Below are positions 12,800 to 24,320 of a stretch of DNA of 64,000 nt, in pieces. The notes beneath the pieces were generated by a model, which saw only the letters and a list, made by a program, of their open reading frames with translations, did not search any database and was not told the origin of the DNA. The DNA is from Vicugna vicugna. Its lineage: Eukaryota. The stretch spans positions 5,651,132 to 5,715,131 of the forward strand of contig MU059537.1 in NCBI GenBank assembly GCA_013265495.1. The letters are read 5' to 3'. Positions within the stretch are counted from its first letter, which is position 1, and every line of letters begins with the position of its first letter. Made by a program: the position numbers and the translations under genes.

Positions 12800-14019
12800 C
12801 TGGCGGAAGAGGAGAAAGAGCAGGCCTGGAGGTTTGCGTTGGACCAGGCCTGCTGGGGGCTGCAGGGTCGCCATTCTTAGTTCTGGGAGCCTCCCTCCCC
12901 TGTACGACGGCTGTGGGGGTGAATTCCTAGCTTTGAGGTTCTCTCTGAAAACAAAATTCTACTCAGAAATGTCGTCTTGCCAACCTGCCTTCATCATTCA
13001 CTCGGTCATTCATCAAGCATATATCCTACGCCTCTTACGTGCCAGGCTCCAAGCCAAGCCACCCCAGGCTCCTGAATGTGTTCCCACAATCCTCTCGCAT
13101 AGAGAGAAAGCCCCCACTTTGGGCTCCAGGAAAGGAGAGGAGTGGGGGACTCCAGGGAGTTACAGTGGGAACCACCCACCCAGGTGCCTGTTGAGCGGCG
13201 AAGAGTTGTGCTTGATCCCCGCTGACCTCCCCCTACCCACTTATAGCACAGGCTCCTCACAGTTCAGGAGCGCACCTCTGTTGGCTGGGGCAGGGCACCC
13301 AACCTCGCTCTCTCTGGACCTACTTTGTTTAATAACTCAGTGTGGTTACTGGACCCCGCCGTTATAGGGCCAGTCCTGGCAGGAGGAGCTTGTTGGCTCC
13401 CAACCCATGCTCCTGGGGTCAGCTCTGAGTTGCCCCTGCCCTGACCACGAGTCCCAGTTCGGATCGCCCCCCCCGACTTGCAAGAGCTCGCTCAGCCCCT
13501 TCATCCCCCTTCAGTGCGGGGGCCCTGCCATGCTCTGCGGCTCTTCTCCTTCCCTGACTTAGGCGCCCCTGAATCCCAGTCCCATCTGGGGGATAAAGCC
13601 TCCGTCTCCTGGGCAGCTTTGCCCATGCTGGCCGCATCTCCGCCCGTAAGTCTGTGGACCACCTCCCCATTTCCCTCTCCCAGAGCCCAGTTCACCTGCT
13701 CACCCACCACTTCACTTTCCTCTCTTGGGGCCCATTGCCAGGCTCTACCCTGGATGACATGTTTCACCTCTGAACCACCCCCCTCTGAGTCCAGATATGC
13801 AAGTTATGTTCCCGCAGCCCCTGTCCCAGCACGGGGGTCAGGCTGGTCCCTGTTTCCAACCCTCCTTCTCTTCCCGCTTCCCATCAGCCAGATCTCAAGA
13901 CCGACTTTCCCATATCGTCTGTTTATGTCCATTTTCAAAAGCAGATCTTAATGCCAGCAACGTGACATAGTTTCATAAACCAGCAATATTTCATAGATCA
14001 ACAGTTCATAGATCAAAGA

Positions 14020-14165
14020 CTCTCAGACACCAACGTACACAGGAATAACCAGGGGAACTTGGTTCAAATTCAGATTCCTGAGCCCCCTGAAATGCAGATT
14101 CAGTAGGTCCAGGGTAGGACCCTGGAGTGGGGTTTGTAAAAAGTCCTCCTGGTGATTCGGATGGA
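14020..14165. mobile_element. MER5A-like hAT-Charlie remnant
   Basis: cagattcctgagccccc...gattcagtaggtccagggtagg...ctggtgattc. Confidence 0.65.
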
Positions 14166-14651
14166 TGAGATCCACAGACTGGGTGGGGAGAAACATCACC
14201 TTCAATGAAAACTAAATTACAGCTAACTAAATAAATAACAAAATACATTTTTAAAATAATAAATTAAATCAAAAATCCTTATATGCTGATGGCCCTGTTC
14301 AAAGTCCTATTTGCTCTCCAGATTCTGAATGCAGCACAGGGAGCCTTTGCTGGTCAGGTTCATTACCATGCTGGATAATGTGTATTAATTGATGAAATAG
14401 GGGTCAATGTTTCCCTTTGGCACCAGCTGACCAGAGGTTCACAGCTAAATGCTATGTTGACTATCAGTCACTGATCTCAACCATGGTTTCTAGATAGAGT
14501 TACCTCTTTATTACTTTTTCACCCTTTGCTTTGGGTTTTACAGTTTTGCATGCTTGTGCCTTTAATCGATACTTTGTTACTTTCTTTATGAAAATAGAAG
14601 GATCTTTATAAAAGTATTGGCAGTGAGGCAGGGGCCAACGGAAGAGCTTAC

Positions 14652-14763
14652 CCATTGGAGATGGATTTGCTGGACATGGGCACTTTGTTTCTAATGGAGA
14701 TCCCCGTCAGCCTTTGGAATGGCAGGCGAGTGTAAAAATTCTTCACTTTCTCTTGCAGTACAA
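14652..14763 (-). CDS. TG: TG exon 32 (112 nt)
   Basis: gtgtag|TTGTACTG...TCCAATGG|gtaagc; VLQEKVKNFYTRLPFQRLTGISIRNKVPMSSKSISN(G). Confidence 0.97.
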
Positions 14764-14854
14764 CTACACAGAGGAAGAAAGAAATGACATTATTTAGGGA
14801 GTGATGCATCGTATCCACAAAATCAGGGGGACAAAGGTACGTGAATCACACTGA

Positions 14855-15640
14855 AAACTTCCAATTAAAGATGGCATATTAAACTCATGTACTTACACTC
14901 CGTTTCCATCCCAAATCTCACTAAAATACTGGTAAAGGGATTTTTCTAAAGGCATACACCCGCAAGGTGAAAGAGTCGGAGAGAGGATAGAGCAACAAAA
15001 TTTGGGGAGCCAGGAGGAACACAGAGGGATAAACATTGACCTGATCAACCTAAGGAAGCTGAATGCTCGACCCTTCTGTGGGAAGATCCAAGAAGCAACC
15101 CCACACGTCTTCTGGAATCCCAATAGATTTAAGCATCAACAGCACTAGGAAAGTGAGCTAAGGCAGAAAGGGCTGGAAGTCTTTTTAAGAAGCAATTAAG
15201 TCTTCAGATCCCCTTCTCTTTTTTCCACGGCCAGCAACGGCCCCTTCCCATCATAGAAGGGTGGGGTCTCCAGGTGCCCCAGGTTGGGCAGTAATGGCGG
15301 GAGCACCGCACTGAAGCCACGGGATTTTTTCAAGTCAGTCTACATGGTGACTATGGAGACTCTTTCATTTTCAACCTTACTTGGCATCTAAACCACAAGC
15401 AACCAGGCTCATGACTCTGGGCCAGATGTGACGAGATTCCAGCTATAGTGACAAGAGGGATTCCCCAAAGGGTGGCCCAAATAGATTATCCTACAGGGAA
15501 ACCCAAAGTCAACAAGCTCCCACCACACGCTCCACTTCCCGACCAGCTTCTGGGCCCCTCTCTTACATTTAAGTGGAAAATCAAGGGTCACCAGCTACCT
15601 GAGAAAGGCCTCCAGCAAACAAGAAGGAACAGTAAGTAAC
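14855..15640 (+). mobile_element. Ancient L1M (L1MC/MD/ME-type) 5' UTR fragment
   Basis: acttccaattaaagatggc...cactaaaatactggtaaaggg...ggcatacacccgcaagg...gcaacaaaatttgg and aagggtcaccagctacctgagaaagg resemble old L1 5' ends. Confidence 0.65.
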
Positions 15641-16002
15641 AGCACAATGCAACATCAGGGTAGAAATGGAGACTGTGGGGTAAAGCACCCCCTCTCCCCC
15701 AGTAGTATCGTCAATATCCTCAGAGAATAGAATCAACCTCTATTTTGTTGGAGCCACAGTTGGTGAGATTTTTGAGAGCATACATACGGCCAACTGGAGC
15801 TCCACTGAAACGTGCATTTGACATGGGTTCTATGAGCAGTGGGATTCCAGTGTAAGATTATTGCTTATAGTCAATATGATGCATTTCTGAGTGCCTTTGC
15901 ATCTCCACAAGAAGCATGGTAAATTTATTTTTAAGTGAATCGATCTGGATATTTCTAAAGCTACAGAGCTCGCAGCCCACTGAAGACCCACCAAGCACTC
16001 AC

Positions 16003-16179
16003 CTTTCTTCCGGAAGAGGACACTGGGCCTGTGGGGCAGAATCAGCCTGCAGCCCTGGGGACTGGACTCCAGGACATCATCACACACCTGGGCCTCTGGG
16101 TAGAGGGTGCAGGTGAAGTACAAGGGTGCACTGTCCATTACCTCTGCCAGCTGACAGAAAGAGGGCTTCTGGATACAGC
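16003..16179 (-). CDS. TG: TG exon 31 (177 nt)
   Basis: cctgtag|GCTGTATC...AAGAAAG|gtgagt; CIQKPSFCQLAEVMDSAPLYFTCTLYPEAQVCDDVLESSPQGCRLILPHRPSVLFRKK. Confidence 0.97.
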
Positions 16180-16559
16180 CTACAGGTGAGAGAGCAGTTG
16201 TGTTTCAGTCCTTGGGAGGCCCACGGGGGAGGGTACCTCTACAGTATCTTCTGGGAAGAAATGCTCCAGAGGGGTTCTTCCCAGGCAGGGCAAAGCCTCA
16301 GGTCAGTCAAGGCTGTCCAATCTGGAAGGCCCAAAAAGACAGACCAGGGTTCTGCTAGCTGGGGAGAGGGCCGTGCGCAGAACAGGGAGTCTGTGTGGCT
16401 CTGAATAAAGGCAGAGCCCGAGAGGGTGAGGAGTCAGCTGTCAACTCGGCAATATGGGAGGAGAGAGGGTAAAACTCCACTGGATCTGCCCAGCACCATC
16501 TTGGAGGCAGTCAGGATCTCAGACCACAGGCCACAGGGCCGGAGAGCTTGGTGACGCTG

Positions 16560-16790
16560 TGAACAGCTCCCCTGCTTTCACTGGGTCAGACTTTGCTGCT
16601 GGTACATGCGAGCTCCCTGATGCGGAGGGGTAAGGCTGATTCATTTTTAAATTTTCTCATCCCCAAGGTCAAACACAAGGCCTAGAACACAGCACATGCT
16701 CAACACAGCACATGTCTGCTGGGTAAAAGATGGATGGATGAATGGACGGACGGACGGATGGAAAGATGGATAGGTGGTGGATGGATAATA
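16560..16790 (+). mobile_element. L2 3' end whose tail has become a (GGAT/GGAC)n tetranucleotide repeat (16729-16786)
   Basis: gagctccctga...cctagaacacagcacatgctcaa followed by gatggatggatgaatggacggacggacggatgg. Confidence 0.7.
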
Positions 16791-17008
16791 GGTTCTGGGA
16801 GCAGAGTAGACATTAACTACAGCATTGGCATCTTGAAGATCTGGGTCATGTCCTGTCTTTCTTCAGGATCACTCACGATACCAACACTAAAGTGATGCCT
16901 AAGTTATGCTCTTGAATTTGATTTTATCTATGTCTCAAGAGTTGTTAAGACCTCTGATGCCTGACCACAAGGCAGGGAAGAAGAAGGCTGAGGCCTAAGG
17001 CTACTCAC

Positions 17009-17146
17009 GAGAAAGGCACCACAGATGTGCCTGTTGACGTGAAAACAGATGTCGGAAAAGCCGGTGCTGCTTGCTGGGCAGGGATCGGTTTCCGCTGACG
17101 ATGACCTGGTCAAGGTCCACAGGGGAGAAAAGCTCTGCGGTCAGAT
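17009..17146 (-). CDS. TG: TG exon 30 (138 nt)
   Basis: tttttcag|ATCTGACC...CTTTCTC|gtgagt; LTAELFSPVDLDQVIVSGNRSLPSKQHRLFRHLFSRQQAHLWCLS. Confidence 0.96.
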
Positions 17147-17200
17147 CTGAAAAAGAGGGAGCGAGTCCACTTCCTTTGCCTTTATCTCTGCGGTGGATCA

Positions 17201-17258
17201 GTCTCTGTCTGTCTGTCTCTCTCCCTCTCTCTCAAACACACGCGCACACACACACACA
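17201..17258. repeat. Compound (TC/TGTC)n(CA)n microsatellite, intron 29, 55-110 nt from the exon 30 acceptor
   Basis: gtctctgtctgtctgtctctctccctctctctcaaacacacgcgcacacacacacaca. Confidence 0.9.
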
Positions 17259-18549
17259 TTCATTTTGGGGCCATGTGTGGCCAGAGCAGGTCTGCAATTA
17301 GTAGGGCCGGGAGCCTAGTCAGGCAGGAAGGGCTCAGAAGGTCCCACACAGCCCTAAAAATCATGGCGTTGCAAGATTTTAGAATCTTGGTTTGGAAAAA
17401 AACTTGGGAACCATCTAGTTTAGCTTTTCGCCCAAGGCAGGATTGTCCCCATGATATTTCTGACCAGTGTCCCCGCAGACTCATGTGACACGCCTGTGCT
17501 GACCACAGCAGCCCACCTCACGGTTAGGAATTTGCGGAGTCAAGTCTGCCTCTCTGTAACTTTGAACCACTGATGCTCCTTCTGTCTTCTGAAGCCACGT
17601 GTAAGTTCTGTCTTCCTCCTAAACGGCCGCCTTCCTCATCCATGAAGACAGCGTTCGGCTCGGCTCAGCCCCAGACTTGCAAGCTCCGGCTTACCCATCC
17701 CCCAGCCTTTCCTCCTGTCTTCAGACTGCGATTCTGACTGAAGGCTCTTCCTGGGAGCTCCACTCCCAAGGGACGGAAGTCCAAGCTCTCTTCCTGGTCC
17801 AGGCTCTACCTGCATTTCTCGCCTCCTCTCCCATTGCCTCCACGCACCCCCGAGGAGCTTGCAAACCCGGTGATTCCAGCTCCTCCCCGCACTGCGTGCT
17901 GCCCAGGGCTCCTGCCCGTGCCCGCCCGGTGTGTACCGCCTTCCTCCTACCCTACCTGGTCCTCCTGTGCTTCAAGGACCAACACTGCTCCTCCTGCTCT
18001 GATGTTCGGAGGCTCTATAACGAGGCTCTCCAGTGCTGAGGGACCCAGAAGCCCCGCCCAGGAGTGGGGGTGGTATTTCTCCACCTCATGAGGGCCCAGG
18101 TCTTCCCAGAGGGCTTCCACTGGGGGTGTGCAGCCGACCGTGGAGCTGAGCTGGGGCAGGTTTACAGCATCTCTGGAACGAGGGGCACACCCCCAGGTCG
18201 CCTCGGACTGGAGCTTCCTCTCCGAAGCCTGCTCTCCATGCCCCTTGAAGCAGGCTCAGGAAGGCTGGACTTCCTGACCTACAGTCACACCAAAGGGGAT
18301 GAAAGCCTCACGGGCATCTGGCAGGGCCAGAGGTTCAGTGCGAGCAGAGCCCCAGAGGCCGTGTCCTGCCGCCTCCTTGGGGCAGTCCCCGCCCTTTGGG
18401 CCATCGTCTCTCACACTGTCGTACAGCGGCCCGTTTGCGTGCTGCGCCACACCTGGCACAAGGCAGGAGAGCCCAGACCACCTCTTAAGACAGCAGAGTA
18501 AGAAAGGAAAAACAGCACAGCCAGCCTAAAGGCTCACTTGAAGATCCTG

Positions 18550-18780
18550 GAATCACACTTTGTCCTCAGAGCCTTTGCACAGGCTGCTCCCCTCACCTGG
18601 AACTCCCTCTCCCCGGGCTTCTCTGGAAGTGCCTGGCAGATCCTTTGGGCTCCTCCGAGAAGTCACCTAGCATCCTCCCTCCCTGCGTTCCCATCGCCCT
18701 GACACTTGTCCCCATCACAGCCTTCGCCAGGCTGTCACACAGTGGCTGCTACGTGGGAATCCTCCGTCCTCTGGGAACGT
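18550..18780 (+). mobile_element. L2 fragment
   Basis: cctcagagcctttgcacaggctgctcccctcacctggaac is a typical L2 3' region. Confidence 0.6.
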
Positions 18781-20174
18781 CCGTGGGTCCCACGTACACA
18801 AAAAAAGTGTTGGGTGAAGGAAGGGATACTGTAGCCACTCAGTTCATCCCTGATTGACACCCCACATCAGGAAGAACCCTTTATCTACGTGTTTTCTCAC
18901 AACTTGACACTCCCCGTGAAGGCAAGGAGGCCAACAGGGGGCTTGCCAGCTGGGGGTTGGTTCTCTTTGGCTCTTCTTTGTGTCTCAGATGCTCAGAGTA
19001 TCTGCAGTCACCTGAAGCAGAAAGGGGAACATTCCTTGCTGTGCTTTGACTCAGAGGGGACCTTCTCACACAGAAGAACAGAGCCCAGGTAAGTGAGCCC
19101 CGCTGCAGAAGAGCCCATCAGAAGGGTTTCCCGCAGGGCCATTGTCTTCTGAAGTCCAGGAGTGTGATCAGCTGGGCAGGCGAGACCCAAGCTGGGCTTT
19201 GTCTATTCACCCTGAAGCCCTTCTGGTGGGGGGAGGAGAGGGGTCCTTCCTGTGGGAATCATGTGATAGTTTTGTAGATGCAACCCTGGCAGCAGCGGAT
19301 AATGACGGATTTTACAGAATATTCTCAAGCACCATGAAAACATTCACGTTTACAAGGCCATGAGCAGCCTGGCTACCCCTCAGAGGTGCTGCTAAGGTGG
19401 GGGACCAGAGATCACAAACATAACTGCCCCAGGGCAGGTGTGGTTCTCCTGTTTGCCTCGGGCCTCGCCTCCCCCCAGCACCCTACACTCTTGCTGGCCC
19501 ACCTGGCTCCTCCCGGATGTGGCATGTCGATCAGGGACACATTGAGTGGCTACAGTGTCCATTCTTTCACCCAGCGGACAGGCTTCTTCATCACCCCTGC
19601 CCACAGGCTGACCTGCCTCCTGTCTCCCTGCCCTCCCCTCCCTCTCTCTCTCCCTCTCTCTGACTTTCCGCTCCACCCAAGGAATAACAACCGTAGTTCC
19701 CGGGGATGGAGGAGCCTCAGACACCACGCACGGATGGATTTACATCCTGTGAAGGTATGCATTGGTATCTTCCACTGCCTGAAATGACTCTCTCTCAAGA
19801 GACCCTCACAGACATCTCGTTCATTAAACAATTCCAGAACACTTCCATTTTGCTTACATTCTTCAGGGTTTGCAAAACCGAAGGCACTGACCCCGACAGA
19901 TGAAACTTGCTCTTAAATAGTTTTTTTTTTTTTTGCTGGATTTGTTATTGTGCGTGTTTTCTCCCTCATTTCACGTTACTTTCTGTGCCCACTGGCCCTC
20001 CGAGGAGCCATCCACGTTTATGAAATGGATAGTGGGGTTGGAAGCTTAGAGGGCAGTCCGTGGCTGTAGAATGGAGCGGGGTTAGGGGTGCATTCACCAC
20101 TTAGACCCTTGGCATCACCATGTCGCCTCCACGGTCAGCCACTCAAATACATTCTAAGGTTTGGGGGTGAGTAC

Positions 20175-20255
20175 CTGTCTCTGTTGGAGACGGTGGCCTT
20201 GGTTCCATGTCTCTTCTGCATCCCATAGACTCAGCCCGAGACCCCATGTCAGAAT
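20175..20255 (-). CDS. TG: TG exon 29 (81 nt)
   Basis: ctcttag|ATTCTGAC...GAGACAG|gtactc; SDMGSRAESMGCRRDMEPRPPSPTET. Confidence 0.95.
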
Positions 20256-20812
20256 CTAAGAGAAAAAAAGACTGTTGTTCTAATGTTGGGAAGAAAAAGG
20301 AGAGATACCCCTCTGGTCAACGAAATGGTGATGACCGTTGTGGGAAATCCCTGCGGTCCACAGCCAGGCGCTCGGACAAGATCTGGAACAACCCAGCGGC
20401 CTATGCTTGCGCTCCCTGGCCTTGTATGGAACGTCAGCCAACCTCTCTCCATAGCAGGGCTGTTATTGTCCTTGACACTGAAAGTATTACCATTTGCAAA
20501 GAGTTAACGAAATAGGTTTATAAATATTGGTTTTTACGACACCCTGTGAAGGAGTAACATTTCCTCTTTACTCTTGAGAAAACTGAAACTCAGAGAATTG
20601 AAATAACTTCTCCCAGAACATGGAGGTGGAAAGTAGATGAACTGAAAATCGAAAAAATTAAAGAAAATTTCCAAGGCGGGAACAGGTCTTCCACGAGGGG
20701 GGATAGGGTTTTACGCAGGTCCCTGAGTGCTTCTGTTTAGTGGGGCAGATGTCCTGGGGAGAAGCAAATCCTTAGTTTTTTGCCAGCTAGCAAATCATTT
20801 ACCAGAAATTTC

Positions 20813-20947
20813 TTTTTTCTTTTTAATTGTATTTTTTAAATTGTTGGTTTACAATATTACATGAGTTACAGTGTGCTACACGGTGATTCACAATTTTAAA
20901 GGTTATACTCCACATATGCATCTTAAGCTACAGGATATTGTACAACA
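20813..20947 (-). mobile_element. Short 5'-truncated L1 3' end, Laurasiatherian type
   Basis: Poly-T then ttgttggtttacaatattacatgagttacagtgtgctacacggtgattcacaattttaaaggttatactcc; possible TSD cagaaatttc / cagaatttc. Confidence 0.65.
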
Positions 20948-21239
20948 CAGAATTTCCTGATAGGTGGAAATCACTGGACTTGGAACTAGTGTCTGGGTCC
21001 CACCCCAGGACCTCCTGTGGGCATTTCACTGAACCTCTCCAAGTCTCTCTCTTTTTTTCTTTTTGGTCTGAAAAATAAACAAAATGTCACCCGACCCTCA
21101 TATATACAATGTAGTTATGACTAAATGAAAAAAGAAGCGTATAACCTCATTATGTCACCTTAAAATGCAAGTGATGATGGGCACCTTCCTCCCCCTTCCG
21201 TTTCTCCCTCTTCCTGCATCATCATCTCCACCGCCATCA

Positions 21240-21435
21240 GTACCACTGATTAGCCCTGGTGATGCACCAGGCACTGTCGTAGGCACTTTACAGGCATGAC
21301 TGAGCCAACGCTCACACAACTCTATGAGGTTGGCACCATTTTTAATGCCATGTTACCCATGTGTTCAAGGTCACACGGGTGGGAAGTAACAGAACCAGAA
21401 TTGATACCCAGACACTCCAAGTCCACAGTCTGCTC
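21240..21435 (-). mobile_element. MIR SINE
   Basis: caccaggcactgtcgtaggcacttta...caaggtcacacgggtgggaagtaacagaacc. Confidence 0.75.
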
Positions 21436-22216
21436 TCTCCCACTATTTCACAGGCATAGAAACAGGTCACCAGTCCTATCTCTTAGGGGACTGGAGATGA
21501 GAGAGGAGGAATCACAGGAAGAGGAGGGAAACAGCGATACAGGGGCCGGATCTTTCCTGTGCCTGCACCTAGCACCTATGGCCATAACACGTAGCGGTCC
21601 CTGCCTGTCGGCTCCCTTCTGAGGCCGGAGCCCCTGACCCATCAAAGCTGCGCCTCACTCATCCCTCTCACCATGTTGCTCAGACCCATCCCAAATGCCT
21701 TTCTCAGTCCCTGGCTCTGAGTGGGCACCTGATCAATGTTTAGAAAACTCAAAGGAGGACAAAGCAAGCAGAATGGAGACGCTGAGCATGTATTTCACCT
21801 GTGCCCCCACCGGTTAAGTGCATCCTCAGGAGCAGGCACACCAAGCATGAGTCCACGGCACACCTGCCTCGAGGAGGGAGGCCCCCGTGCCCCAGTGCCC
21901 TTGGAAAAAAGCCTCCCCTAGTTTGCAGGGGGCCTCAGAGCTCCCATCCTCCTAACAAGGGCAGCTTGTGGTCAGCGAACTTGATCTCACAGGAGCCAGC
22001 GCTTCCTCCCTCCCTCCTTGCTTAAGTTTCCACACTTTTAGCTTTTGTTTTACACTGTGGCATCTTATCTGATGAGAGTGGAGGCCCTTCTCACCACACA
22101 GAGCACTCACTTCAAAGTACATCTCTACATTTGCTCTCTGGCGAGCAGAGTGCCTGTGAGTGAGCCGTGAGGCCAGTCTCCGGTGACCAGTGTCCTGCTC
22201 GGCCCCCTACCCCCCC

Positions 22217-22247
22217 NNNNNNNNNNNNNNNNNNNNNNNNNNNNNNN
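22217..22247. other. Assembly gap (31 N) inside a C-run tract in intron 28
   Basis: N run flanked by ccccctaccccccc and caccccccgc. Confidence 1.
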
Positions 22248-22272
22248 CACCCCCCGCAACCACAGAGCTTAC

Positions 22273-22338
22273 CTTTCCAGAGATAAACCTGCTGGAAACT
22301 GGTAACGGTGTCCTGTGCGCCTTCCAGGGCTGTCAGAC
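22273..22338 (-). CDS. TG: TG exon 28 (66 nt)
   Basis: ctgcag|GTCTGACA...TGGAAAG|gtaagc; LTALEGAQDTVTSFQQVYLWK. Confidence 0.97.
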
Positions 22339-23204
22339 CTGCAGAGAAGATGTTTATTTGTACAGCCTTGAGCATGCTGTTAGGAAAGGGTATCTATCAG
22401 TTCTTCACACTTTAATAAGAATTTAAATCACTATGTTTGTTTTCTTAGGGATTTGCTGTACTTAAAGACTGATCTCTTATTGTGGAAAAGGATTTATACC
22501 CTATTGTTCCCAGTTGGAAGTGGCCTCCTGATCAGTCTATGAACCAGGCAACCTCCAATTTGGAACATCATGAAGTCAGGCTGCCTGAAATCCCCATCAA
22601 AGGGTTCCCTTCTTAAAGCTTTGCCCACAACCCCAAAGATACACCGACACACAAGGCCCTGGAAAAAAAACCTCAAAAGCCTTTGGTGACCACTCCTTCT
22701 CAGGGAGGCCAGACAAGGGCATATTCTTGGTTTCTTGGGCACCTACCAAGCACGTGCTCTGTGTTAAGCAATTCACTCTGGATTTACTGCCCATGAATGG
22801 ATCAAATGTTTTCCTTCAAATGCTCATTTTCACCCTGGGCTACCTCTCAGCGTAATGGATCCCATATGTTTACAGTCCATCATATAAATAAGCTATTCGC
22901 TTTTATTTACCCCAAAGAAACTGATCCTCATAGAATTCCACCAAATTCTGCAATATTTCTTCCAGGCTTTGGTAAATAGGCACTCCACAGATACTATGTG
23001 TGTTCTCTAGGCCAGGTTTTATGTTCCATGGTGAGACTCCAGGAATCACTAAGACATAGTTCTTATTATATATTATATAAAAAGTCAAGGGCTTAAAATA
23101 TAGCAAAAAACCAATGATAGGTCTTTAAAATGATAATAATTTCATCTAATATTCACACTATGTGTCAGATGCTCTGCTAAGTTCCACATGTGTATTATTT
23201 GTAA

Positions 23205-23480
23205 GTGCCAATATAGGGAAGCAGTTAAGAATGTCACTTTGGAGCCAGAATGCCTGGTTTCAGACCCCAGCCCTTCTACTCAGAAGCTCTGAGACCTTGG
23301 GGAGACCTCACTTCTGTGTGCCTCAGTTTCCTTAGCTATAAAATGGGGATAATGATAACAATAGTGTCTCCCTCAAAGCACTGTGTCGAGGATTCATGAG
23401 TTAGTGCAGGCTAAGAGCTTGGAGCAGCGCCTGCCTGGTTCCCAGTAAGCACGAAGGAAGACTTTTCTGTTACTGCTGTT
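23205..23480 (+). mobile_element. Near full-length MIR
   Basis: gcagttaagaatgtcactttggagccagaatgcctggtt...gtgcctcagtttccttagctataaaatggggataat. Confidence 0.9.
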
Positions 23481-24199
23481 GCTGGCTATCCTCTCTTTTC
23501 ATCTTCACAACAACCCCGTGAGAGGGGAGCTGCCAGCACGGCACTAGCAATTAGGCCTGAAGGTATTTACTGACTTGCTCGAGGTCACACAGCTGGTGTC
23601 CAAAGCCGGGATTCAACCTCACAGGCAAACTCTCAGCTGGGCCAGTGAGGGAGGCAGACAGGCAAAGGTGCACTTCCGGCGCACCGCCCGCTGCACCAAC
23701 AGAGCAATGCACGGAGCACGCGCGAAGCTGTGCAGGAGAGGAGGCAGTAAGCACTGCAGGGCAGTCAGGGAGGGCTCCCGGAGGAGGTGAAACTGAGCTC
23801 TCTGCCATCAGAACTGCAAGAGCTGCAGTGCACTGAGAAGCAGGGCTTGGCAACTTCTCCAGGAGGCACGACATGGTCTCTGCCAACGCTTGGAAGATCC
23901 TGTCCCGTAGAGACAGGGAACCTTCCACGGGAGCCCCCTAGACGGCTCCTTTGACCTGCGCTCGGTCCCCTCCACTCCCCTGTCTGGCTGACATCAGTAC
24001 ATGCTTCACGCCTCCCAGCTCAGAGGGGAGACTGGAAACACGGTGTAGAGTTTGAGTTCAGGTAGCAGAGCAGAGAGGAGGCAGACGAGCCGGGCTTCCC
24101 CCACCCTCACACGGGATCCGGGAGAGGGAAGGGAGCAGCTGGGCCCTGTTCTCACTGTAACCTCAGGCTCTCCGGGTCGGAAGGAAACTTCCAGGCCCC

Positions 24200-24320
24200 C
24201 TAATCAGTGCTTCACAGACTTAGCAGGCGTGGTACTATCCAGACAGCCCATTAGAATGAATTCCTGTGGCCTCCCTGGTCTAGGAAGAGGCCTGAGAATT
24301 TGTATTTCTAGTGAGGCTGC
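24200..24320. mobile_element. MER5-like remnant
   Basis: cagtgcttcacagactt...gtctaggaagaggcctgagaatttgtatttcta. Confidence 0.55.

Noticed and set aside
12687-13367. 226-aa plus-strand ORF, the longest in the track
   Set aside because: It overlaps the antisense of exon 33 and L2-like sequence, has no recognisable domain, and is an expected chance ORF in GC-rich DNA.
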